A DNA stretch of 64,000 bases from Thermodesulfobacteriota bacterium (GTDB lineage: Bacteria > Desulfobacterota > Desulfarculia > JACQYL01), in NCBI GenBank assembly GCA_963675595.2, contig CAXXLZ010000001.1:1440001-1504000 (forward strand), read 5' to 3'. This document shows, one piece after another, positions 42,806 through 53,327 of the stretch. Every line of letters begins with the position of its first letter. The first letter of the stretch is position 1. The position numbers and the translations under genes are program-made. The notes under the pieces are model-generated. The model saw only the letters and a program-made list of their open reading frames with translations, did no database searches and was not told the origin of the DNA.

Positions 42806-44209
42806 TCAAAAAACAGGCGTAACCGGCAGTAAAATAGTAAATGTCGTCCCGAGTCCCGGCTCGCTTTTGACGGATATGGTTCCCTTGTGGGCTTTTATAA
42901 TATCATAAACAATGCTTAGCCCAAGTCCCGTGCCTTCACCCACAGGTTTTGTAGTAAAAAAGGGATCGAATATTCTGGATATCTGATTCTCCGGGATTCC
43001 TTTACCATTATCTCGAATTGCAATCTCAACAAACTCATCATCCGTAGGCCTTCCGGTGCAAACATGTCTGGTGGTTATGTAGATATCGCCGTTGCCTTCT
43101 ATCGCTTGGGCTGCATTCATGATCAAATTCATGAATACCTGGCTGAGTTTCTGCGGAAGGCACGTCACATCCGGCAGTTTTCCGTAGTCCTTAACGATAT
43201 TGGAGTGGTACTTTATTTGATTCCAAACCATATTTAGGGTGCTGTCGATAGACTGATGAACGTCTATGGGTTTGATTTCAGCTTCATCAAGACGAGCGAA
43301 TGTCTTCATATCGGTGACGATCTTTCCCACACGGTCGGTACCTTCAAGAGATTCATCTATCAACCCCTCGATATCGCTCATAATGAAGTCGATCTTCTTG
43401 TGCTTCTTGAAATCCCGGATTTTGGCAACCGAAGACAGCATCCCTTCGCAGCGATTCGAGACAATCATATCTTCCAGTGCATCATACTGTGACATGAGAT
43501 CAACAATTTTTTCGACATACTTTTTCAGAGCCGATAGGTTACCCTTGACAAATGATATGGGATTGTTGATCTCATGTGCGACGCCCGCAGCCAAAATGCC
43601 GATGGACGCCATCTTCTCCGACTGAACCAGGAGAGCCGTCTGCTTTTCCACCTTCTCCTCGAGATTTCGGTTCATGTCGGCAAGCTGTTCATTGGACGCT
43701 TGGAGCTGTCCGGTCAGAGATTCCCGCTCCCGCTCAAGGTTCCAAAGGCTGGTGAGTGAGCGTGCGAATTGCCGAATTTCTTCAGGATTGAACGGCTTTC
43801 TGAGGTAAAAGACGTCGTCCCTTCCGGTCGTTCGAATGATTTCTTCGGGGGTATATTCACTGAATGCCGAAACGATCACGATCTTTATTCGGGGATCCAT
43901 CGCCCAGATTCGCTCCGACGTTTCCGCGCCGTCCATTCCCGGCATCTTCATGTCCACAAAGGCTACAGCGAAAGGACGGTCTTGTGTAAGGCATTCCTCT
44001 ACCGCGTCAAGCGCGTGTTCTCCCGTCTCGACAACCGTCAGCTCGTAAGGCTCCCTTATGGCGGTCGTCTTCGCCGTCGGAGACTCCCCGAACAGGTCGG
44101 CCCCCATGGAAACGAAGTCTTCCCGTACGTCGGGAGAAAGGATATCCCGATATGAATCCCTGACACCAGGATCGTCGTCAACAATCAAAATGCTTCGGTT
44201 GTTTTCCAT
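42806..44209 (-). CDS. REC-HisKA-HATPase hybrid kinase
   Basis: N-terminal REC; AGVAHEINNP; FDPFFTTK; GTGLGL. Confidence 0.93.
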   Translation of the reverse strand: MENNRSILIVDDDPGVRDSYRDILSPDVREDFVSMGADLFGESPTAKTTAIREPYELTVVETGEHALDAVEECLTQDRPFAVAFVDMKMPGMDGAETSERIWAMDPRIKIVIVSAFSEYTPEEIIRTTGRDDVFYLRKPFNPEEIRQFARSLTSLWNLERERESLTGQLQASNEQLADMNRNLEEKVEKQTALLVQSEKMASIGILAAGVAHEINNPISFVKGNLSALKKYVEKIVDLMSQYDALEDMIVSNRCEGMLSSVAKIRDFKKHKKIDFIMSDIEGLIDESLEGTDRVGKIVTDMKTFARLDEAEIKPIDVHQSIDSTLNMVWNQIKYHSNIVKDYGKLPDVTCLPQKLSQVFMNLIMNAAQAIEGNGDIYITTRHVCTGRPTDDEFVEIAIRDNGKGIPENQISRIFDPFFTTKPVGEGTGLGLSIVYDIIKAHKGTISVKSEPGLGTTFTILLPVTPVF

Positions 44210-44298
44210 AACTGGACTTTCCGGATTCCTTACAACTCACGGCCCGGGCTGAGTTCCTTCTGGGAGTGGCAGAAACCGAACATCGATTCCCGTTCAGG

Positions 44299-45546
44299 CT
44301 ATGCCCTGATACGAATGCGTTCGATGATGCGATCGACCTGGTGGTACTTGAAAAGTTTACTGATGAGTAACGGCGTCAATTCCGTGCCCTCGGCAAGCAA
44401 TAAACGGCCGTGATGACTTCTAATCGGAGAAGCAAGAACCATGCCCGGTTTCAGGTCATCCAGCCCCAGCCTCAAGTCGGACTCTTCGTTGGGGCGCACA
44501 CGTTCACCCAGCTCCAGGAAGGCGATCAATATATCCGGATCATATACCCGCCCCGCGGCGGACTTCAGTTGCTTCAGAGCTTCCTCACGGGGAAGTCCAT
44601 CTTTTTTCGTCAGATTGTCGAAGTCGTTCGCCAAGTGAATAATGCGGGCCCCCACGGGAATCTGAAAGTTCTTCAAAGCATCGGGATAGCCTGTTCCGTC
44701 CATGTTTTCGTGGTGGGCGCGCACCAGCACGGCAACCTCCTTCAATTCCTCGATTGCATCCAACGCCGCATGCCCCAACTCGGGGTGTTGCTGGATCAAG
44801 GCGATTTCCGGGGCGCTCATCTGTTCGCGCTTCTTGGTCAGCAGGTAGGGCGGGAGGCCGAACAGGCCCACATCATGCAGGATCGCGGCGGTTTCGATAA
44901 CCTGAATCTCCTTGTTATTGAAACCGTACCGACGGGCGATTTCGACGGAGAGCGCCGCAGTCCTTCGTGAGTGACCGGGCAAATCGGGGCTGAAAAGCTC
45001 CAGCATCTCGAGAAGTAACCGAAACGACTGATGAAAGCTCTTTTCCAGAGATTTCATCAACGCCCGAATCTGTTTCGTTCGTTGCTCGACCTGTTCTTCA
45101 AGGTCTTGGTTCAAAGCCGAGAGTTTCGCATTCTGTTCCTGCGTTAGGGCCAGCAGTTTTCTGTTTTCCTCGGCCAGCGAGTGGCGTCTGAAGGCGTTCC
45201 TTACCGTGAGCTTGAGCTCCGCGTCATCCCACGGTTTGCGAATGAAACGGTAAACGTGCCCTAGGTTGATCGCCGCCACGGCCGCGTCGATATCCGCATG
45301 ACCGGTCATGATGATACGGACGGCTTCAGGCCGGATTTCGGAGACCTTGGCCAGGAATTCGGTTCCCGTCATTTCCGGCATCAGTTGGTCCGAGACCACG
45401 ACCGCGATATCGTCTTCCCGCACGTGATCAAGGGCCGCCAAGGCGTCCGAGGCGGTCAACACCTCATACGGTTCGTCGACGAACAGCCTGCGCAGGGAAT
45501 TGAGGATGTTGGTTTCGTCGTCCAGAAATAGTATCTTCTCGGACAT
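44299..45546 (-). CDS. Response regulator with HD-GYP-type domain
   Basis: MSEKILFLDDE REC; LHDVG...HHENMDGTGYP. Confidence 0.92.
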   Translation of the reverse strand: MSEKILFLDDETNILNSLRRLFVDEPYEVLTASDALAALDHVREDDIAVVVSDQLMPEMTGTEFLAKVSEIRPEAVRIIMTGHADIDAAVAAINLGHVYRFIRKPWDDAELKLTVRNAFRRHSLAEENRKLLALTQEQNAKLSALNQDLEEQVEQRTKQIRALMKSLEKSFHQSFRLLLEMLELFSPDLPGHSRRTAALSVEIARRYGFNNKEIQVIETAAILHDVGLFGLPPYLLTKKREQMSAPEIALIQQHPELGHAALDAIEELKEVAVLVRAHHENMDGTGYPDALKNFQIPVGARIIHLANDFDNLTKKDGLPREEALKQLKSAAGRVYDPDILIAFLELGERVRPNEESDLRLGLDDLKPGMVLASPIRSHHGRLLLAEGTELTPLLISKLFKYHQVDRIIERIRIRA

Positions 45547-45571
45547 GGCCCGCCCCTTTGAATTATATTGT

Positions 45572-48361
45572 TCATCCAGTCGACAAGACTCCGTCCGGGA
45601 CCGAACCCGCCGATGCCTCGCCGCCTCCCGTCGGGAACCATACCGTGGCTTTCGCACCCTTACCCGGTCCCGGACTGGTCAATTCCATCCTTCCTCTGTT
45701 TGCCTCCACGAACATGCGGCAATAATACAGGCCGAAACCGGACGATCCCTTGCTCGAACGGCCAAACTCGAAAAAACTCTCGGCCTCCTTTGGGTCCAAT
45801 CCCACACCGTTATCCGTAATGGAAAAACCCAGCCTTCCATTTCTGAAAAAGGTTTCAATGCGGATAAGCCGATCATCGTTTGGCCTCTTCGCCTGCTCGA
45901 TCGCCTCGTATCCGTTCTTAATGATGTTGATGATCACCTGCATTAGTCGATTCTTGTTGATCACCAGGGGTGGCACTTGAAAATTGCTTTCATACGTGAT
46001 TTTGATATTTCGTTTCTCCAACGCTCCGGTCTGCATTCGAGCCGCATCTTCTATGAGTCGTCTAAGAACGACACGTTCCTTGTTTTCTTGGTCATTAGAG
46101 GCATAGGACTGCTGCAGCGTCAATACTTCGGAGATGTATACCACACCGTCATCCAACCGGGATAGATTTTCCATGCGCTGCCGTTCGGTCTTTTTAAGTC
46201 CCAAAACCAGAGTGGTCATGTAATCAAAGACTTTACCGCCCCTTTCGTCCTCTCGAACATAATGCTGTAAATCATCCATATGCATGGTCAGGTCTTGGAT
46301 ACACTTCTCGAGGTATTGGACAAGTTGTTCCGTGGAATCTGCTTTCACACGATCCAGTTGAACTCGGATCGGTGTGACCGCGTTGCCTATGTTATGCAAT
46401 ACCATGGCAGCGAGTTGGGCTCGGCCTGCTTCCATCGCCTTGGTTACCAGTTCCTTCTGCGCGTCTTCCAGGTCTTGGGTCCGTTCGGCCACAAGCCGTT
46501 CGAGGTTCTCCCTGTATTCCGTGATTTGAATTTCGGCCGTCTTTTTGGGTGTGATGTCCATGTGGGTGCCCGCCATACGGATCGGCTCGCCCGACTCGTC
46601 CCTTTTCACCACTTGGCCGCGATCCAATATCCATTTCCAGCTCCCCGACTTGGTCTTGAGTCGGTGCTCGGACTCGTAATAAGGAGTTCTTCCCTCCAGA
46701 TGTGCTTCGAGTGTCTCCTCGACCCAGGGCCGGTCAGCGGGATGGACCAGTCGTTCCCATGAGGAAACGTGCGGAGCGATGTCTTCAACCTCGTACCCGA
46801 GCATGGACGCCCAGCGAGGACTGAATGTCACGTGTCCCGTCTGAAGGTCCCAGTCCCAAACCCCCAGGTCTCCTCCCTTTAAAGCCAGATTCAGCTGACG
46901 CCGATTTTCTTCCAGCGCCTCCTGATCCTTCTTCCTCCGCGTGACGTCCCGAAGAACCCCTTCGACGCATGCCCCGACGCCGTTTGGTCCCGGTATCAGC
47001 CTGGCGGTCATGGAGACGTCAATTGTATCGCCGTTCTTCCTGAGAAGTTTGAGTTCGTAATCGCTCACCGAACCCGACGTCTTCAGCGCATCGTTGACTC
47101 GACCCCATTGAGTAGGATCGGCAAAGAAATTCAAGGAAGGTTGTCCAATCAGTTCTTCCGGAACGTACCCGCCCTCGGTTCGAATCGACGGGCTGATAAT
47201 GACGACTCGTCCCTGCTCGTCGGTGCGAATGTAAACATCCTGGAAAGATTCGAAAATGGATCGATACTTGGCCTCACTTTCAGCTAAGGCTGTCTCGAAT
47301 CGCTTGCGTTCATCGATTTCCCGTTTGAGCTCGAGGTTCTTATCATGAATCAGCCCTTCGCGTTTGGCGGTCTCTTCCAGCCTCACTTGCAGGGCCGTAT
47401 TTCGATTACTAAAAAACCACAGACCGATGCCCCCGCCCAACAATAGAGCGGCGGTAATCCCCATGGCCGCCGGCAACACCCAGGGAGCATTCTCACCGAA
47501 AACTTCGCTCTCAGGTGTGATCATGGCTACGGAGAGGCATGTACCCTTAACCGGAGCGTGAACGGTCAGGGTATTTGGCTTCGTTCCTCGGTGGACTTGG
47601 GAAAAGGTTTCCGCGAGCGGTTCACTTCCTTCTATCATGGTGAATTCGGGGAGCGGTAAATAGGTACTTTGTCCCAAATGAAGCGCACCGTCCGGACACG
47701 AGATACCGAATTTCCTTTCGGAGGATGAGTCCTCGGGTTTCAGAAGATACTTGAACACCGGAGTCGGGGATATCCAGGCAAGAAGCCGCCCTTCGTAAGA
47801 ACCCTTGAAGGAGTATGCCATGGACACCATAGTGGTCAGAGCGCCGTCCGTATGTCGGGTCAGCAGAACCGGCAATGGAGTCGCCTGTGCCGCGTCGGGA
47901 GAAAGGTCCGATTGGAATTCCATGCCCCCGTTTGATTCCGGGCCGACATCCACGAGTAAGCTGCCATCCTTCTTCAAGAAAACAATGCGGGAATAGATCA
48001 GGTCGTCGTTGAACCGTTTTCGATCCAGCATCCTTTGAAATCTTTCCGTGATCGCCAACTCGCTGGCTTTGAGACCATACTCCATGGTCATTCCCAACGC
48101 TTGGTTCTCAAAGTACGCGGACAGTTCTCTGCATTCCGACAGGTTTTGTATGTCGTCATTTCGTTCGGCGAAAAAGTAGGCCACCGAAGTCGCAATACGG
48201 TCGCAGTCGGACTGCAACCGATATCCGGCGGATCGGCGAAGGCCGAGCTGAGAGTCATAGGTGGTCCACAACAGGACGCCAATCACGACGGTGAGCAGGC
48301 CTGCCGCAGCCATGGTTGCGGATCTGATTCGGCTTCTGAGGATTCCCCGCATCGGCGTCAT
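45572..48361 (-). CDS. Membrane sensor histidine kinase (periplasmic Cache-like domain, 2 PAS)
   Basis: Two TMs, PAS domains, H-box VLHNIGN, DNGVG, GFGL. Confidence 0.92.
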   Translation of the reverse strand: MTPMRGILRSRIRSATMAAAGLLTVVIGVLLWTTYDSQLGLRRSAGYRLQSDCDRIATSVAYFFAERNDDIQNLSECRELSAYFENQALGMTMEYGLKASELAITERFQRMLDRKRFNDDLIYSRIVFLKKDGSLLVDVGPESNGGMEFQSDLSPDAAQATPLPVLLTRHTDGALTTMVSMAYSFKGSYEGRLLAWISPTPVFKYLLKPEDSSSERKFGISCPDGALHLGQSTYLPLPEFTMIEGSEPLAETFSQVHRGTKPNTLTVHAPVKGTCLSVAMITPESEVFGENAPWVLPAAMGITAALLLGGGIGLWFFSNRNTALQVRLEETAKREGLIHDKNLELKREIDERKRFETALAESEAKYRSIFESFQDVYIRTDEQGRVVIISPSIRTEGGYVPEELIGQPSLNFFADPTQWGRVNDALKTSGSVSDYELKLLRKNGDTIDVSMTARLIPGPNGVGACVEGVLRDVTRRKKDQEALEENRRQLNLALKGGDLGVWDWDLQTGHVTFSPRWASMLGYEVEDIAPHVSSWERLVHPADRPWVEETLEAHLEGRTPYYESEHRLKTKSGSWKWILDRGQVVKRDESGEPIRMAGTHMDITPKKTAEIQITEYRENLERLVAERTQDLEDAQKELVTKAMEAGRAQLAAMVLHNIGNAVTPIRVQLDRVKADSTEQLVQYLEKCIQDLTMHMDDLQHYVREDERGGKVFDYMTTLVLGLKKTERQRMENLSRLDDGVVYISEVLTLQQSYASNDQENKERVVLRRLIEDAARMQTGALEKRNIKITYESNFQVPPLVINKNRLMQVIINIIKNGYEAIEQAKRPNDDRLIRIETFFRNGRLGFSITDNGVGLDPKEAESFFEFGRSSKGSSGFGLYYCRMFVEANRGRMELTSPGPGKGAKATVWFPTGGGEASAGSVPDGVLSTG

Positions 48362-48392
48362 CGCAAATCGGTCCTCCTTGGAATCTCTTGGT

Positions 48393-49289
48393 CTATTGAA
48401 AGAATTCCGGGTAATAGGAGAATACGGCCGGATAGTATTTCTTTACCAAGGCCTGATAGGTTCCGCTCTTTTTGCTCTCACCAAGGAACTGGTTGAATGC
48501 GTGCCTCAAATGGGGAGACGTCTTGGCAAAGGCCGGCGCCATGCCTTGCATGGGAGACAACGGGCCGATGACCTTCACCTTACCGGGCCATTTCTCCAAT
48601 GCGATAAGCGCATCCGGCACGTCCAGCAGGGTGGCTTCCGCTTCTCCGGTGATCACCGCGGGAGCCAGCTCATTCAGATTGCCTGCGAACAATCTCGCTT
48701 CCGCACCGGCATCACCGAGCTTGTAAAGGGACGGCTCCAGGCAGGTGTTGGGCACGCCCAGGACCACGCGTCCCTTCAGTTGCTTCCTGACCAGGGCGAT
48801 ATCTTTGTTGATTTCACCTTGGGATCGGATGGGAGTCAATGCGGAGTCGGCCCCTGCGACCAACCAGATTTGTGTGGGAAAAGTCGGATCGGAATAGTCG
48901 ACCACCTTCTTTCTCCACGGCAACAACGTGAATCCGTTGGCAATGACGTCCCCCTTGATCGGAACCCTGCCTATGATTTCGACGTCGTCTCCAACCGTTT
49001 TGACCCTCTTCCCCGTCAGGTCTCCGATCAAATCCGCCCATGTGGTCTGGACATACTCATATTTCACGTCCAAATACGCTGAAAAGAGCTGCATCAGCTC
49101 CACATCGAGGCCGTCACCGGCGCCGGTGACGAAGTTTGCGTAGGGAACCCCAAGGTGCCGCAGTACGCCCGCCTGCTTCACTCCCGCCAGATCACCGCAG
49201 TAGGCGGCGATGCTCGCACCGAAAATCGTGACCAAAACGAGAAGGATGGTAAACATCCTTTTGGCGGCAAAGCATTTTCCTGTAATCAT
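48393..49289 (-). CDS. Extracellular solute-binding protein, family 3-like
   Basis: Signal peptide; GLDVEL..., DVIANGFT..WRKKVVDYSDP, terminal YQALVKKY. Confidence 0.85.
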   Translation of the reverse strand: MITGKCFAAKRMFTILLVLVTIFGASIAAYCGDLAGVKQAGVLRHLGVPYANFVTGAGDGLDVELMQLFSAYLDVKYEYVQTTWADLIGDLTGKRVKTVGDDVEIIGRVPIKGDVIANGFTLLPWRKKVVDYSDPTFPTQIWLVAGADSALTPIRSQGEINKDIALVRKQLKGRVVLGVPNTCLEPSLYKLGDAGAEARLFAGNLNELAPAVITGEAEATLLDVPDALIALEKWPGKVKVIGPLSPMQGMAPAFAKTSPHLRHAFNQFLGESKKSGTYQALVKKYYPAVFSYYPEFFQ

Positions 49290-49353
49290 CTTGTTTGTTC
49301 CTCCTGATTTGTAGGTTCACTTGAACGGGTTCTTCGCCCATGATGTATTATTA

Positions 49354-49749
49354 CTACCGACTTGCTTCGTCCTTCCGGAAAGCCGTTGAATTACCCGCAT
49401 AGACCACCCTTGTGGCGGCCGCCAGTATTTCCTTGGACAACGCTCGGAACCGTTCAAAGGAACCGAGAAAAACGGCTCCCGCTCTTCGAGCCGAAAACTC
49501 CGTTTGTTCCGAGGGGGGATCGAAGAGACAAATGAGTTTCGCCCGGGGAAACCGTTCATGCATGAGCGGGAAGATGTCCGTCTTGGGCGCAATCGAAACA
49601 ACGACCACGTCATAATCATCCCAAGGGAATGCGCGAGTATAAAGACAACTCTCGTCGATTCGGACAAGCCGATTGAAAAAACGAAACAGTATGGAAGCGA
49701 GAGACGCTTCGTTCTCGGCATCCGTACCAATCACCAATACGCTTTCCAT
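49354..49749 (-). CDS. Hypothetical protein, possibly a degenerate receiver-like fold
   Basis: VLVIG..YDVVVV..FPRAKLICL..ARRAGA pattern; first gene after the sigma-54 promoter. Confidence 0.5.
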   Translation of the reverse strand: MESVLVIGTDAENEASLASILFRFFNRLVRIDESCLYTRAFPWDDYDVVVVSIAPKTDIFPLMHERFPRAKLICLFDPPSEQTEFSARRAGAVFLGSFERFRALSKEILAAATRVVYAGNSTAFRKDEASR

Positions 49750-49828
49750 GGCAGCGGGCAATGCACTTCTTCCTTTATGATTCCCCGGTTAAGTCGCTTT
49801 AGGAGCGAAACCGCTCTTATTTAGAACA

Positions 49829-49844
49829 AGCAAATTCCGTGCCT
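49829..49844 (-). promoter_or_regulatory. Sigma-54 (-24/-12) promoter
   Basis: Minus strand AGGCACGGAATTTGCT matches YTGGCAC-N5-TTGC with correct GG-N10-GC spacing. Confidence 0.75.
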
Positions 49845-50198
49845 GAAAGTAAGTTGGGCACCTACCAAGGAAACATGCGCAACGAGCGGCGTATTCCTTC
49901 AGGGGGCACTCAAATTGATCGAGATGTAGGCAGATAATCCTATCAATATGACAGACCTGCCTGCGCGCCAAGGACGCCGCCATGGCGTTCCGGTCAAGAG
50001 ATCCAACTACGACTTCGGCGCCTCGGATAACGAGTTCGTTCTTCTGTCGAAATATCGGCGTCGGAGAAGTTGATCATAAAACGAAATTGTAGGAGGCGGA
50101 AACGGAAAGAACGTATGGCTCGTCGTCCGGGTTGGACTCGTCTTGCATAAATCGTTTCGAGTTCTGATGCTCCGAGAAGTGGTTTCCGGTTGGGAGGA

Positions 50199-51671
50199 CT
50201 ATCCGGCGATGCGGTATTTCTTCAGCTTGCGATAGAGGGTCGCTTCACCTATGTCGAGCAACGACGCGGCTTTCTTTCTGTTGCCGCCGCTTGCTTCAAG
50301 GGCGTTTCGAATGGCCCGACATTCATATTCGGCGAGGGTCGTACAGGTTTCTTGATCATGGCCGGCGTGAGCGGAATCTCCACAAGCTTGAATCTCCGCG
50401 GGAAGATCGCAAGGCGAAATGGAGACGCCGCGCCCTAAAGCTGCGGCCCGTCGAATTACGTTTTCCAGCTCACGAACATTTCCCGGCCATCCATAGTTTT
50501 CCAGGCAAACCAGGGACTTTTCAGAAATATCCTTTACCGACAGACCGGACGAAGAAAATCGTTCAATGAAGTAGCGCGTCAGAAGCGGAATGTCTCCTCC
50601 CCGTTTCCGCAAGGGGGGAGATTCCACTTTCACCACATTCAGCCGATAATACAGATCCTCCCGAAAACGGGAGGAACGGACCTCTTCCTCAAGGTTTCGG
50701 TTGGTGGCGGCCAGTATCCGGATGTCCACCGGGTGGCTGCGGGTTCCGCCCACAGGCCGGACCTCGCGTTCCTGGATGGTCCGGAGCAGCTTGGCCTGTA
50801 GGCTTAAGGGCAGCTCTCCCACCTCGTCCAGAAACAGCGTACCTTTGTCCGCCGAACGAATCAGGCCCAAGGTCGCCACGTGGGCTCCCGTAAATGCGCC
50901 CTTCACGTGGCCGAAGAGCTCGCTTTCGATAACGGTCTCGCTGATGGCGGCACAATCTACAGGCACAAAGATTTCTTTGGACCTTGTGCTATGATGATGT
51001 ATCGCCCTGGCCACTAGCTCCTTGCCCGTACCGGTCTCACCCTCGATCAAAACCGGTACGTCCGAAGCCCCCACCTGGACGATGGTCTCCTTCAACTTTG
51101 AAATCGCTTCGGAGTTCCCAACCAGTCGGTCAAAACCAAATCGGAAGGCGGCCTGTTCGCGCAGTCGCCGATTTTCCCTCTCCAGACACCAGATTTGGTG
51201 AAGCTGGGCCACTCGTGCCCTGAGCCCCTCGGGGGAAAAGGGCTTTTCCAGGAAATCGGAAGCTCCCTTTTGAATCGCCGCCACGGCCTCTTGAACGCCC
51301 CCGTGCCCCGTGAGCATGATGATGTGTGTCCGGGGATGACGCCTCTTGATTTCCTCTAAAAGCGCCATTCCGTCCATACCGGGCATTTTAAGGTCCAAAA
51401 TGGCTAGATCAACCCTTGTGACCGCAAGACAGGCAAGCGCTTCCTGTGCGTTTTCCGCCCCACGGATAACGAAGTCCGTATCATAGAAGACCCGCTTCAA
51501 AGAACGGATCACGGATATTTCGTCATCGACCACAAGCAGAGAATAGTTCGCGGATTCACCGAGCATAGGGTCTGTAATGCCATGAATGTCACGGGAAATC
51601 AACGGGGGAATCATTTTGATAGACGGCACTTCGGGGCCGTGGATGCGCACAAGGCGACCACCGGTCAACAA
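50199..51671 (-). CDS. NtrC-family sigma-54-dependent response regulator (true start probably ~51566)
   Basis: REC; GETGTGKE; ESELFGHVKGAFTGA; WPGNVRELEN; Fis-type HTH. Confidence 0.95.
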   Translation of the reverse strand: MLTGGRLVRIHGPEVPSIKMIPPLISRDIHGITDPMLGESANYSLLVVDDEISVIRSLKRVFYDTDFVIRGAENAQEALACLAVTRVDLAILDLKMPGMDGMALLEEIKRRHPRTHIIMLTGHGGVQEAVAAIQKGASDFLEKPFSPEGLRARVAQLHQIWCLERENRRLREQAAFRFGFDRLVGNSEAISKLKETIVQVGASDVPVLIEGETGTGKELVARAIHHHSTRSKEIFVPVDCAAISETVIESELFGHVKGAFTGAHVATLGLIRSADKGTLFLDEVGELPLSLQAKLLRTIQEREVRPVGGTRSHPVDIRILAATNRNLEEEVRSSRFREDLYYRLNVVKVESPPLRKRGGDIPLLTRYFIERFSSSGLSVKDISEKSLVCLENYGWPGNVRELENVIRRAAALGRGVSISPCDLPAEIQACGDSAHAGHDQETCTTLAEYECRAIRNALEASGGNRKKAASLLDIGEATLYRKLKKYRIAG

Positions 51672-51707
51672 CTTGATATTTCATGGATTTCTATTCTTGT
51701 TCTTGAG

Positions 51708-51724
51708 CCGGCATTATCTATGCA
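51708..51724 (+). promoter_or_regulatory. Candidate sigma-54 promoter upstream of cheW
   Basis: CCGGCATTATCTATGCA has GG-N10-GC spacing. Confidence 0.5.
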
Positions 51725-51893
51725 TTTCGGCCAGGAAGTAATTCAGAAGAAGGTGGCCATCATCCTGACGAGTTTCAGCTGGATAAGGTAGACAAGCATG
51801 CTCTTATTCAAAACTATTTCAGTCAACCATCTTTAAAGTCACAATTTTGTTGAAATAGTACCATGACTTAAATGGATATGGGGGTCTGTTTTT

Positions 51894-52397
51894 ATGGAAA
51901 CTGAACAGTCAAGATTCGATGAAATTACGTCTTCCGATTCCAAATACTTGGAGTTTTTAATTGATGAGGATTCATATGCAATTGAAATACTTAAAATAAG
52001 GGAAATCATAGGAATGATGGATATAACCAACATTCCAAAGACACCTGAATACATCAAAGGAGTCATTAATTTACGAGGCAAAGTAATACCGATCATGGAC
52101 CTCCGTGGTCGTTTCGGAATGGGCTTAATAGACTATACGGATCGAACCTGCATCATTGTAGTGGATATTTCCGTGAGCGGAGCGCCCCTACGAGTCGGAC
52201 TCGTCGTGGATAAAGTGTCCGAAGTGCTCAACATAAGTGGTGATGAAATTGCCCAACCACCCGATTTCGGCCCCCATTCAAGAATGGATTTCATACTGGG
52301 AATGGCCAAGAATAAAGGGGATGTAAAAATACTGCTCGACATCGATAAGGTGCTTTCGTGCAAGGAGGCGGACCTATTAGGCCAAGCCGGAAACTGA
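51894..52397 (+). CDS. cheW: Chemotaxis coupling protein CheW
   Basis: YIKGVINLRGKVIPIMDLR..GLVVDKVSEV..ILLDIDKVL. Confidence 0.95.
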   Translation: METEQSRFDEITSSDSKYLEFLIDEDSYAIEILKIREIIGMMDITNIPKTPEYIKGVINLRGKVIPIMDLRGRFGMGLIDYTDRTCIIVVDISVSGAPLRVGLVVDKVSEVLNISGDEIAQPPDFGPHSRMDFILGMAKNKGDVKILLDIDKVLSCKEADLLGQAGN

Positions 52398-52535
52398 GTC
52401 GAATAGAATCTATTTAGATGAAATGAGATAGTGATTGATTTATCAAAGTTTTCGTAAACCTATCGATTCCATTCATTTGGAGTCCCATGTTAAGAATCAT
52501 GCGATTCCAAGACAGTCCAAAGGAGAGAACAAATC

Positions 52536-53327
52536 ATGAGAAAGCAGTGGAGTATCGGCAAAAAACTTATTTTATCCTTCGTTTCAGTGGCGTTGATCAC
52601 ATTGGTACTCGGGTTCATCGGCTATTACAGCGCCGTAAAAAGTAGGCAGAGTGTCAACGAGTTGGGAATGGTCAGGCTTCCCAGTGTGAGTGCGCTGTTG
52701 ACCATCGCTCAGGCGCAGACGACCATTGATAGAGTGGAAAACGCGCTACTGAGCCGGTCTCTGGACGTGGCTCAACGGGAGAAACGTTACGATAAACTAT
52801 CCAAGGCGTGGAATCGTATCGAAAAAGCCTGGAATATCTATGAAGCGCTTCCCCAGACGGAAGAGGAGGCAAGGGTTTGGAAGGAATTCGTCCCGGCGTG
52901 GCGGAACTGGAAAAAGGATCATGAGGCCTACCTGGTCCTCTGCAAGGATTATGATCGAGCCGTCTCCATTCAAGACGGAACTGCGGACGGCATGCACTCC
53001 CGAATGTCTCAACAGACACTGGTCGTTAATCCCATCACCTTAGCCAAAGCCGAAGAACTGATCAACAGGCTTGTGGAGATAAACGAGTCGGTAGCGGAAG
53101 CGGCCACCAAGAACGCGAGCGTGAGAGCGAGCTTCGTTCAAGGCCTCAGTCTTGCGGCCATGATCTTGGGCGTGGGCTTGTCCCTTGCCATGGGCATCCT
53201 CATTACCCGAAGCATCACCAAGAATATTCATCGAATCGTATCAGGCTTGAGTGAGGCATCTGAACAGGTGAGTGCGGCCGCCTCCCAGGTTTCTTCCGCG
53301 AGTCAGTCTCTGGCAGAGGGCGCATCG
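52536..53327 (+). pseudogene. MCP (four-helix-bundle sensor) truncated at the start of its signalling domain
   Basis: TM-4HB-TM then EQVSAAASQVSSASQSLAEGAS, abruptly replaced by IS3-end sequence at 53328. Confidence 0.88.
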
